From: a virus
Taxonomy: Duplodnaviria; Caudoviricetes
DNA: 30,809 nucleotides
Strand: one strand, 5' to 3'
Virus record (IMG/VR): IMGVR_UViG_3300038334_000159
Location: 1-30,809 of that record
Below the pieces are notes generated by a model. That model had not been told where the DNA came from. It made no database searches and saw nothing but the letters and a program-made list of their open reading frames with translations. The position numbers and the translations under genes were made by a program. Shown piece by piece: positions 1 through 6,925 of the stretch. How positions within the stretch are numbered: position 1 is the first letter of the stretch; each line of letters begins with the position of its first letter.

Positions 1-1182
1 TCATTTTGATGTTTTGAAGTACAAATCTTGAATAACGCTCGCGGCTTGCTTCTTATCTTCGTCTAGGATGTGGGCATAGCGTTTCATGGTGAAACGAGCG
101 TCTTTATGGCCTAAAACGCCTTGCACCGCGCGCGGCGAGAGTCCGGCGCGAAGCAGATATGTTGTGACCGTGTGCCGGAGATCATGGAGACGCATTTGCG
201 GGATACCAGCAGCGGTTGCGATCTCCTTAAACTCTTTTGATAACGTGGTCGGGCGTATCGGTTTACCGTCCTCAGTCACAAAGACGAACGGGGAGCGGGT
301 GAAGATGTCCGCGCGCTCGATCTCCAGCCGGGCACGCTTTTTCTTTAGCTCCTTCAAAACGGTTTCCATTTCGGGCGGCATTTGGAGCGTTCGGCGACTG
401 CTCTTCGACTTCGGGTCTTTCAGTGTGAGTTGGTGCGTTTCCTCGTCATAGATCAACGCGCGCTGGATGAGTATTTCATGCGTCGCGAAGTTCAGGTCAG
501 ACCAGAACAGCCCCAGGCACTCACCGCGCCGGATGCCAAGCAGCGCATCGGCAAGTATCGCCTCATAATAGCGAGAATCGTGCATCACTTCCATGAGCTT
601 GTCCATTTGAACTTCCGAGGGGACAAACCCTTCATAATCCTCGATCTTCGGCAACACAACGCCGTCGCACGGATTGAACGGGATAAGCCTTTGAATTGCG
701 CAAGCATGTTTCAATGCCTTGGTGAGTACGCCGTGGATATTTACGATAGTCTTTGCAGAGTAGTATTTTGCTGGTGTGGTCGTGATGTCAACCCCGTTAA
801 TCTTTTTCACTTCTGCCGGGCGATACGGGGTTGTCATAATGTCATTGTACGTCTGTTGGATTGTCATGACCGAAAGGTCTTTCAAGCGGACGTTGCCGAT
901 GCGCGGAATAATATGATTCGCCATGTAGCGTTTGTTACAGTGTTCGGTATTGCCCGTCAGATTTGCGCTATACGTTTTGAAAAAGTCATCAAGGTATTTT
1001 TCCAGCGTGATGGTATCATACGAACACTGCCGCCCGGTCAGAGAATCCGCCTCGAGCTGCTTTTTGAATGCAGCTGCGTCGCGGTGCATATCAAACGTCT
1101 TGCTGTGGGACTTCCTCTTTCCGTTCTCGCTGGTAGACCAACGCACATAATAGCTGCCGCCGCGCTTTTCTATACTAGCCAT
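1..1182 (-). CDS. int: Tyrosine recombinase / phage integrase
   Basis: 393 aa. Catalytic motifs GIRRGE (R), PKS (K), HDLRH, LGH, and Y in TMKRYAH. N-terminal arm-binding-like region. Confidence 0.96.
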   Translation of the reverse strand: MASIEKRGGSYYVRWSTSENGKRKSHSKTFDMHRDAAAFKKQLEADSLTGRQCSYDTITLEKYLDDFFKTYSANLTGNTEHCNKRYMANHIIPRIGNVRLKDLSVMTIQQTYNDIMTTPYRPAEVKKINGVDITTTPAKYYSAKTIVNIHGVLTKALKHACAIQRLIPFNPCDGVVLPKIEDYEGFVPSEVQMDKLMEVMHDSRYYEAILADALLGIRRGECLGLFWSDLNFATHEILIQRALIYDEETHQLTLKDPKSKSSRRTLQMPPEMETVLKELKKKRARLEIERADIFTRSPFVFVTEDGKPIRPTTLSKEFKEIATAAGIPQMRLHDLRHTVTTYLLRAGLSPRAVQGVLGHKDARFTMKRYAHILDEDKKQAASVIQDLYFKTSK

Positions 1183-1201
1183 AATTGCACATCCTTAAAA
1201 A

Positions 1202-1822
1202 TCAGTCGTTGATGCCGAGGATAATTTTCATAGCCACATCATACTCGTCCACCTGAGCCGGATCAAAATCAGCGTCAAACCGTAAAAGAACATTTCCGTA
1301 TTGCAACTCATATTGGATAACACCAAGTCCTGACAGCATGAGATTGTCAATATAAGAATTACGAGCGGAAGCGTCTTCTTCGTTTTTGAAAATTTCAAGC
1401 ATGCCACAATCTGAATATGAGTTGGTGCCTATGCGACTATCGAAAAAGTTCGTTTTGTCAACATATGCGTGTGGGCGACCCATCAGCTCGTTCGGATCAG
1501 TGCTTGCGTCATATGTTTCGTAGCGCGCGATAGGAAGCCCAGCAGCTATAAGTGCTTGGACTATTTCTTCGGTCGTGATTGTATATGAGATCGGAATGGG
1601 AGAAGGGGTTGGAATCTCGGTTGGAACGGGGGTAGGTTCCGGCGTTGGTGAAGGGGTTGGGATATATGCCGCTTGCTGCTCGACATATGTAAGCTGCTCC
1701 TCAATAGAGGACAGTCTATCATTTAGGGCAGATTGGTTTTTAGAATAAGTGACAATTCCTACGATCAATAAACCTGCGAAAACAGCAGCTATTACATACT
1801 TAAGATACTTCATCATGCACAT
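1202..1822 (-). CDS. Membrane-anchored exported protein, possible superinfection-exclusion or lysogenic conversion factor
   Basis: N-terminal TM helix (VIAAVFAGLLIVGIVTY), short coiled coil, Pro/Thr linker (PTPSPTPEPTPVPTEIPTPSP) and a globular C-terminal domain. Lies next to int. Confidence 0.7.
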   Translation of the reverse strand: MCMMKYLKYVIAAVFAGLLIVGIVTYSKNQSALNDRLSSIEEQLTYVEQQAAYIPTPSPTPEPTPVPTEIPTPSPIPISYTITTEEIVQALIAAGLPIARYETYDASTDPNELMGRPHAYVDKTNFFDSRIGTNSYSDCGMLEIFKNEEDASARNSYIDNLMLSGLGVIQYELQYGNVLLRFDADFDPAQVDEYDVAMKIILGIND

Positions 1823-1858
1823 CCCTATCCAATTTTATATTCACAATAGCATTGACAA

Positions 1859-2074
1859 CTAGGCGCTGTCAATTACAGCGTATTCTTCTGGTTGCTCGTC
1901 AATCGCAGTAGCAGCGACATCAAGAGCGGTTTTTATCAGCGATACGGTGTGATCGGCGAGCAGCACGAACTTTCGCGCGCCGCGAGTTACTACAACTTGC
2001 TCACCACGGTCAATCACCGCATTGGTGTATTTCACCGTGTTGCGAATGTATTCCATGTATGAGACTTCGATCAT
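1859..2074 (-). CDS. Phd/YefM-family antitoxin-like protein
   Basis: N-terminus EVSYMEYIRNTVKYTNAVIDRGEQVVVTRGARKFVLL fits the Phd/YefM DNA-binding pattern. Acidic C-tail. ATGA overlap with the upstream ORF. Confidence 0.7.
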   Translation of the reverse strand: MIEVSYMEYIRNTVKYTNAVIDRGEQVVVTRGARKFVLLADHTVSLIKTALDVAATAIDEQPEEYAVIDSA

Positions 2075-2343
2075 ACGGCGGCACCGTCCTTAATAGCCGC
2101 AGGCGGCTCAATATCCACGCTGGAGCGGTTCGGAAGGGGTAGCGCGCGGAATACTTCGTTGATGACATGCGCAACGCACGCGGGACACGGTGTGGTGAGC
2201 TGGCAGCGGGAACACCCGGACGTTTGCGGCGGGTACATCGGCACCCCGTCGTCCTCAAATACCGTGACGGGCATGTTCATCACAAGATGTTTATTCGTTC
2301 GCCGACATACCACGTTTGCACGGACATAGATTTTGTTTACCAT
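2071..2343 (-). CDS. Hypothetical Cys-rich (CxxC-x5-CxxC) protein
   Basis: ORF 2071-2388 in the track. The ATG at 2343 has a GCAGGTG RBS. Contains CSRCQLTTPCPAC. Coupled to the Phd-like gene. Confidence 0.6.
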   Translation of the reverse strand: MVNKIYVRANVVCRRTNKHLVMNMPVTVFEDDGVPMYPPQTSGCSRCQLTTPCPACVAHVINEVFRALPLPNRSSVDIEPPAAIKDGAAV

Positions 2344-2404
2344 TCGGAACACCTGCTTTGAAAGATTTGTGTTTGTAATATCCCGCAACTCAATATCTTG
2401 TGCG

Positions 2405-2432
2405 TTGACAAGTCATTGTTGTCTGCTATAAT
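2405..2432 (+). promoter_or_regulatory. Sigma-A promoter (TTGACA-16-TATAAT with extended TG)
   Basis: TTGACA at 2405-2410, TG at 2424-2425, TATAAT at 2427-2432. Points to the ORF at 2503. Confidence 0.6.
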
Positions 2433-2437
2433 TAATG

Positions 2438-2451
2438 CAAACACATGTTCG
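2438..2451. promoter_or_regulatory. Candidate Gram-positive LexA (SOS/Cheo) box
   Basis: CAAAC-ACAT-GTTCG, one mismatch from CGAAC-RNRY-GTTCG. A further CGAAC half-site lies at 2462-2466. Confidence 0.6.
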
Positions 2452-2452
2452 T

Positions 2453-2480
2453 ATTATAACACGAACAAATGAGATGTAAA
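2453..2480 (-). promoter_or_regulatory. Leftward sigma-A promoter (TTTACA-16-TATAAT) for the 2343/2074 genes
   Basis: Minus-strand TTTACA at 2480-2475 and TATAAT at 2458-2453. The LexA-like box lies at the predicted start site. Confidence 0.5.
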
Positions 2481-2502
2481 GCGCGATTGAGGGGAGAATA
2501 GA

Positions 2503-2694
2503 ATGCAGGTCTTGTATATGCACATGCCGGAGCTGCCGCACACGCGGCATATCATCGTTGGTGAGAAGCACATTATAAACACCGCCGCGCCGGAATCTAC
2601 GATATTTCATAAGATTACGCGGAGAGAATGCGCAAATCAGGAGATGACGAGCAATAAACTGCGGGTAGGTAAGAAATTTCACTTCGGGAGTTAA
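2503..2694 (+). CDS. Small hypothetical protein (63 aa)
   Basis: GAGGGGAG RBS before the ATG and a consensus promoter upstream. No family recognised. Confidence 0.45.
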   Translation: MQVLYMHMPELPHTRHIIVGEKHIINTAAPESTIFHKITRRECANQEMTSNKLRVGKKFHFGS

Positions 2695-2759
2695 TACACA
2701 AATAATACACAAAATATTTTGCAAAAAGCCTTGACTAGTGTGTAATGAGTGTGTATAAT
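2695..2759 (+). promoter_or_regulatory. hicAB promoter with candidate HicB operator repeats
   Basis: TTGACT (2731-2736), 17 bp, TATAAT (2754-2759). TACACA at 2695 and 2706, inverted TGTGTA at 2739 and 2750. Confidence 0.7.
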
Positions 2760-2781
2760 ATAAACATAAGGAGGGCAGACA

Positions 2782-2955
2782 ATGAAGAGACGGGATTTGA
2801 TAAAACTGCTCGAATCAAACGGATGGTACTTCAAGAGAGAGGGTGGCAATCACGACATTTACACAAACGGCACGGATTGCGAACCAATCTCAAGACAGAC
2901 CGAAATCAACGAGGTATTAGCCAAGAGGATCATCAAGCGGCGGGGGCTGAAATAA
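2782..2955 (+). CDS. hicA: HicA-family mRNA interferase toxin (57 aa, absent from the ORF track)
   Basis: Translated by hand as MKRRDLIKLLESNGWYFKREGGNHDIYTNGTDCEPISRQTEINEVLAKRIIKRRGLK. Has the HicA GxxH motif, an AGGAGG RBS, and lies directly upstream of hicB. Confidence 0.93.
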   Translation: MKRRDLIKLLESNGWYFKREGGNHDIYTNGTDCEPISRQTEINEVLAKRIIKRRGLK

Positions 2956-3021
2956 GCCCCCACCCATCCTCAACAGATAGAAACTATGAAACTGCAAAAC
3001 TATGAAATGGAGGTCACAAAA

Positions 3022-3420
3022 ATGAAAACGGTATTTCCCGTTGTGTTCACAAACACGGGCGAAGAAGGATACGTTGCCCATGTGCCGGATATGGATATCG
3101 ACACGCAGGGCGCAACCTTGGCGGAAGCAATTGAAATGGCACGCGACGCAATCGGATTAATGGGAATCGACATGCAGGATAGTAAAAAAGAGATCCCGCA
3201 GCCGTCGAAACTGGAAGACATCGCACATGAACCGGGCGAGATCGTCTCACTGGTCGATATCGACTTTGCGGCATATCGCAGGGCGAATGATCGCAGAACA
3301 GTGCGGCGCAACGTGTCACTACCGTTGTGGATGGATGAGGAAGCGACAAAGGCAAAAATCAACGTATCGGCAGTGCTGCAAGCGGCTCTGAAACAAGAGC
3401 TGGAAGCATTAAAAGCATAA
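3022..3420 (+). CDS. hicB: HicB-family antitoxin
   Basis: FPVVF...YVAHVPDMDIDTQGATLAEAIEMARDAI (HicB N-domain) plus C-terminal RHH-like VRRNVSLPLWM...INVSAVLQAAL. GGAGG RBS before the ATG at 3022. Confidence 0.95.
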   Translation: MKTVFPVVFTNTGEEGYVAHVPDMDIDTQGATLAEAIEMARDAIGLMGIDMQDSKKEIPQPSKLEDIAHEPGEIVSLVDIDFAAYRRANDRRTVRRNVSLPLWMDEEATKAKINVSAVLQAALKQELEALKA

Positions 3421-3436
3421 GTAACAAGACAAACGA

Positions 3437-3466
3437 AAGCCCCCGCAATCGCGGGGGCTTATTTTT
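3437..3466. terminator. Intrinsic terminator between convergent hicB and repressor
   Basis: AAGCCCCCGC-AATC-GCGGGGGCTT followed by ATTTTT. Confidence 0.85.
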
Positions 3467-3951
3467 TATGCTTTCTTATCAGTCTGCTGTGTGGTGGCTT
3501 GTGATTCGTGAGCGTCTAAATACTGGTTGGTGATGCGCTCGATGCGTTCGTGCTCTGTCTCGTCAATCTCGGCGTTGCGGTAGCTGTCGGCGGCGATCTT
3601 CCGGGCAACTTCAACCGCCATCCTCTGGAGTTCAGGCGGCATTTCGTAGACCGCGCGAACAAGCGTTTGCTGAAAATCGCTGAGCTGATACTTTGCGGAC
3701 ATCTCAGCGACAAAATCAGACCCGACATCGAGGAACATATTGCCGAGGCCTGTGTGCAACCATTGAGGACTAGCTTTGAACTTTGATTCGAGAAGCATAA
3801 TCACTCGTTCATTGAGATTACGAACATGCTTCTCAATATTCGACACGCTTGACTTCGTTAAGCCGATAGGAGCGCCAAATTGCTCTTGGCTTAAATCTAA
3901 GGCTAGGCGAAGTTCCTTAAAACGATCATTGATCGTGCCATCGTCATGCAT
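3466..3951 (-). CDS. CI-like XRE-family phage repressor
   Basis: N-terminal HTH (RFKELRLALDLSQEQFGAPIGLTKSSVSNIEK...WLHTGLGNMF). Likely start at 3951 with a GGTGG RBS. No C-terminal S24 peptidase domain is evident. Confidence 0.9.
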   Translation of the reverse strand: MHDDGTINDRFKELRLALDLSQEQFGAPIGLTKSSVSNIEKHVRNLNERVIMLLESKFKASPQWLHTGLGNMFLDVGSDFVAEMSAKYQLSDFQQTLVRAVYEMPPELQRMAVEVARKIAADSYRNAEIDETEHERIERITNQYLDAHESQATTQQTDKKA

Positions 3952-3970
3952 ACACTCACCACCTGCATGA

Positions 3971-4051
3971 AAGATATCACATAAAGTTGATTTTGTAAAC
4001 ATTTATGTTGACAAAGTTCTGTATGAATACTATTATGTTTTCATAATCAAC
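3971..4051. promoter_or_regulatory. Genetic switch: back-to-back promoters and three candidate operators
   Basis: Leftward TTTACA (3999-3994), 17 bp, TATCTT (3976-3971). Rightward TTGACA (4008-4013), 17 bp, TATTAT (4031-4036). Operators GTTGATTTTGTAAACAT (3986-4002), its inverted near-copy ATGTTTTCATAATCAAC (4035-4051), and a degenerate copy at 4016-4032. Confidence 0.75.
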
Positions 4052-4088
4052 GAAACATACCGAAAGAGACGGAAGGGAGAGGCTGGAA

Positions 4089-4379
4089 ATGTGGTTTTTC
4101 AAAAAGAAGTCTGAAACACAATTCGTATTCGTTCGACCAGAAGACTCTATTTGTCGGACTACAGACGAGCTGCGGAGAAGAAACGTTAACGAAGGATTTA
4201 CGGTTAGGGGAATTACGGATCCTCATTATCCGGGGGAATTGCTATTGATAATGTTAGTTTCCGAGCGCGGTTGGTTGAAACTAGCAAAGTCACATCTTTG
4301 GGAGCAAGTGGAAAAATACCTTTCGGGCGCGAGAATTGAACATAGCCACAAGTCGCGCCGAGAGCATCGAGGGAGATAG
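4089..4379 (+). CDS. Hypothetical protein, first gene of the rightward early operon
   Basis: Purine-rich RBS (GGAAGGGAGAGG) downstream of the rightward promoter. No HTH recognisable. Overlaps the antisense gene. Confidence 0.45.
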   Translation: MWFFKKKSETQFVFVRPEDSICRTTDELRRRNVNEGFTVRGITDPHYPGELLLIMLVSERGWLKLAKSHLWEQVEKYLSGARIEHSHKSRREHRGR

Positions 4380-4725
4380 GCATCGGTAACGTGTAGAACA
4401 CACGCTCAACGCTTTCGATATCGTTTGAAGTGGTAGTAAACACGCGAACCTTTTCCGGGAACGAACAACAATCATAGCTGTTGCCATTAAGCGAAAATTG
4501 CAGACGCGTTATAGCAACGGGCAATGATGAGTGGTTTGCTATCTGAATGTACATTTGACAAGCACTTTCACGGGCGAACGACTTGTACTCAGAAACAGTT
4601 ATTGAAAGCCTTACACGACGCGATAGAGCGGTAGCAATAAGTGACCAGACAGAAAGAACTGAACCAAGTATTGCGAGAGCCAACGTTATGTTGTCTCGCG
4701 TGAATAGATCAGAAAAAGACTTCAC
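4213..4725 (-). CDS. Membrane-anchored hypothetical protein (moron)
   Basis: GTG start at 4725 with AAAGGTGG RBS. N-terminal TM (ITLALAILGSVLSVWSLIA) and a beta-rich soluble domain. Own extended -10 TGGTAAACT (4756-4748). Confidence 0.7.
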   Translation of the reverse strand: MKSFSDLFTRDNITLALAILGSVLSVWSLIATALSRRVRLSITVSEYKSFARESACQMYIQIANHSSLPVAITRLQFSLNGNSYDCCSFPEKVRVFTTTSNDIESVERVFYTLPMPISLDALGATCGYVQFSRPKGIFPLAPKDVTLLVSTNRARKLTLSIAIPPDNEDP

Positions 4726-4775
4726 AGAAACACCACCTTTCACGGTGAGTTTACCACAAAAGGAGATACAACACC

Positions 4776-4964
4776 ATGAACAAAGACAATTTGGAAGGAG
4801 CTGCCACGGAGCAGGAACAGGCGGAAAATGTTGCCAGCGAATCCGAGCTTGCGGCAGAAGCGGCAGCCGCGGTCATGAAATCCCTGTCGCCGGGGTCGCG
4901 CATGTACTATCAGGGATTTGTGCAGGGGCTGCAGGCGGCAGAGGAAGCGAAGAAGGCGGGGTAA
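4776..4964 (+). CDS. Small acidic hypothetical protein
   Basis: AAGGAG RBS, 62 aa, followed by a hairpin. Confidence 0.6.
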   Translation: MNKDNLEGAATEQEQAENVASESELAAEAAAAVMKSLSPGSRMYYQGFVQGLQAAEEAKKAG

Positions 4965-4973
4965 AACCCCGCC
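4955..4973. terminator. GC-rich hairpin, probable terminator for the leftward 5157-4993 gene
   Basis: GGCGGGGT-AAA-ACCCCGCC between convergent genes. TTCTT tail on the minus strand. Confidence 0.55.
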
Positions 4974-4992
4974 ACCTCTGCACATGAGAGTC

Positions 4993-5157
4993 TTAGCTAT
5001 TCCCCTTTACCAAGGAAAGAACTTTTTTGTAAATTGCGTCAAAGTACTCGCCTACAAACTCACCGCCTGTTTGATCAACTCCCACATGAGTACTTGAGAC
5101 AGTGGCAACAACAATATCTGCTGTGATTTTTAACGCATGATTCTCCAGAGCATCCAT
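4993..5157 (-). CDS. Small hypothetical protein (54 aa, moron)
   Basis: AAGGAGGTGA RBS before the ATG at 5157. Extended -10 TGATAGTAT at 5189-5181. Confidence 0.7.
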   Translation of the reverse strand: MDALENHALKITADIVVATVSSTHVGVDQTGGEFVGEYFDAIYKKVLSLVKGNS

Positions 5158-5224
5158 ATTTATCACCTCCTTTAGCAGTAATACTATCACAGCTTTCATT
5201 CAAGGTGAAGCAGAAATGAGAACG

Positions 5225-5311
5225 TCGGCGCTTTGCGATGGGTTGAGAGAGAGGCGGACACAATCCGTAGGCGGTGAGATGCCCACCGCCCAGCCCGTCG
5301 CAAAACGCCGA
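5225..5311 (+). ncRNA. Putative structured RNA / cis-regulatory leader (three-stem junction)
   Basis: ~21-bp outer stem (5225-5245 with 5291-5311) with two G-U pairs and one mismatch, enclosing hairpins CGGA-CACAA-TCCG and GGCGGTG-7nt-CACCGCC. No known family recognised. Confidence 0.45.
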
Positions 5312-5324
5312 AAGGAGAACCAAC

Positions 5325-5600
5325 ATGCACATGCACCTTAGGTTGAAGACCATGAGCGGGATTTACGCGCAGGCAGAAGATTATAGCGCGGATGGTATCG
5401 AGAACCCATTCCGACTCACTGCATTCATACCAAATTATGACGGAAAGCCGAAATTCAAACCAGTACAGTTTGCGTTCGGATCAATGGCAGAGGTGTCAAA
5501 CGCGATATTTGCGTTGACATACAGCGGGAAGAAGCTCAAAGACTACGCGAGTAAGCTTATTGAGCCAGATAACGAGAGATTATTGACGGTAAACATTTAA
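5325..5600 (+). CDS. Hypothetical phage protein
   Basis: AAGGAG RBS before the ATG at 5325, in the early operon. Confidence 0.7.
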   Translation: MHMHLRLKTMSGIYAQAEDYSADGIENPFRLTAFIPNYDGKPKFKPVQFAFGSMAEVSNAIFALTYSGKKLKDYASKLIEPDNERLLTVNI

Positions 5601-5618
5601 CGATGGAGGATGTGCAAA

Positions 5619-6059
5619 ATGCCTTTTCGAATTTCAGAAGACGATAAACGCGCCGCCAAGGTTCTCAACAGTGGGAGCATGGACGGCGCGCGCGCGTACT
5701 GCAAGAAGGTGGTAAGCGATATCGACAAAAAGGGTAAGCACGGACGCATCGACAATATTTTACCGCTTGCAGAAGCAGCTGCCACATATCAAGATATCGC
5801 CGCTGATGCCGTGTCTTCCGATGAGGGAGAAAAAGCGCAGCCGCACGAAAATTTCATGAATGCACTGTTTCAAGCAACGCGCGAGGAAGTCTTGCAAAGC
5901 GGATGTTGGCGGTGCGAGCGGGACGTGTGTCGGCCTTTTGCCGGGGCGGTTAGCATACGCCACGAAGGGGACAGGCATTATCTCGTTTTCACGGACGCGA
6001 GCGGCAATAGTACCGAATATCGCATTTGGTTCTGTCCATATTGCGGAAAGAAGTTTTAA
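5619..6059 (+). CDS. Hypothetical protein with C-terminal zinc-finger-like motif
   Basis: GGAGG RBS. CWRC ... FCPYCGKK. Confidence 0.7.
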   Translation: MPFRISEDDKRAAKVLNSGSMDGARAYCKKVVSDIDKKGKHGRIDNILPLAEAAATYQDIAADAVSSDEGEKAQPHENFMNALFQATREEVLQSGCWRCERDVCRPFAGAVSIRHEGDRHYLVFTDASGNSTEYRIWFCPYCGKKF

Positions 6060-6073
6060 GGAGGAGTCAACCT

Positions 6074-6478
6074 ATGTGCAGACCTCAGATCGGAGCTGAC
6101 GGCTGGGAAAGGCCGAGAGACAACATCTTCACGCGATACCGCCTACGTCGCATCCTGCGCGCGTTGGGGCTGAATGAACTTTACACGTGGCAGCGGCAGT
6201 ACGTTTTCAGCGAGCTGTCGGAAGTACCGAGCAAGAAAGGGTGCGGGAAAACGACTGCACGTCTGGTCAATCTCGCGATGTGGTATCACGGCGTGATCGA
6301 CAAACGGGATATCACCTGCGCTGGCATCCTCGGAGACCCCGACTATTACGCCGCAAGCAGAAGAAGCCGAAACTACTACTTGGCAGAGATCGAGTGGGCG
6401 CACGCGCAGTGCGTCGCGCACGGCATCCGGGTATTCAAGATCGTGCCGGAAGAGCGGAAACGGTGGTGGAGACCGTGA
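6074..6478 (+). CDS. Small hypothetical protein with P-loop-like motif
   Basis: AAGGAGGAG RBS. LYTWQ...KKGCGKTT resembles a Q-motif plus Walker A. Confidence 0.65.
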   Translation: MCRPQIGADGWERPRDNIFTRYRLRRILRALGLNELYTWQRQYVFSELSEVPSKKGCGKTTARLVNLAMWYHGVIDKRDITCAGILGDPDYYAASRRSRNYYLAEIEWAHAQCVAHGIRVFKIVPEERKRWWRP

Positions 6479-6639
6479 GCAAACAAGTCAACTTGCTCGA
6501 TGATATCGATGATATCGACGATTTGAAGCAAGCGAAGATAAGGCTAGCACAAGCGGTTTCAGAATTATTTTGGATTGAGAGATTACTTCACTGGATAACC
6601 CGAAGAAAAGTCCATAACGAGAGCAAAACAGACAGTTAG
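6475..6639 (+). CDS. Small hypothetical protein (54 aa)
   Basis: GTG start overlapping the upstream TGA (GTGA), with a GGTGG/GGAG RBS. Confidence 0.5.
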   Translation: MSKQVNLLDDIDDIDDLKQAKIRLAQAVSELFWIERLLHWITRRKVHNESKTDS

Positions 6640-6664
6640 TAAATCAGAAAAGGAGGGCGCGACT

Positions 6665-6925
6665 ATGGAGCAGAGCATCAAGGTTTTGAAAAAAGAATAC
6701 CGCTATGCGCTGCTGCCGTTGGTCGCGCCCGAATCGCGCGTGTACACGCTTCTGGAAGCGTGCGCCGTGCTCCAAACATCGAAATCGACTATGCTGCGGT
6801 TACTCGCGGCGGGTGAAATAAAAGGATTCAAGCTGCCGAACACGCAGCACGGACGCTGGCATATCGCCGAGATCGCGATTGCCGCGTACATCACCGCACG
6901 GACGGAGGAGGCAAACGAGGCATGA
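6665..6925 (+). CDS. Excisionase-family HTH DNA-binding protein
   Basis: VYTLLEACAVLQTSKSTMLRLLAAGEIKGFKL...RWHI matches the HTH_17/Xis pattern. AGGAGG RBS. Confidence 0.8.
   Translation: MEQSIKVLKKEYRYALLPLVAPESRVYTLLEACAVLQTSKSTMLRLLAAGEIKGFKLPNTQHGRWHIAEIAIAAYITARTEEANEA

Noticed and set aside
1-60. attL/attR core
   Set aside because: The window starts at the int stop and ends at the lysin stop, so flanking repeats cannot be seen.
382-1212. 276-aa + strand ORF
   Set aside because: Antisense shadow of the integrase with no recognisable motifs.
2745-3005. 86-aa ORF from the track
   Set aside because: Shadow frame overlapping the promoter and the real hicA (2782-2955).
2981-3007. Direct repeat AAACTATGAAA x2 before hicB
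   Set aside because: Short and AT-rich with only two copies. It gives alternative ATGs without a good RBS.
6498-6522. GATGATATC tandem repeat
   Set aside because: Encodes DDIDDIDD within a small ORF, so it is a coding microduplication.
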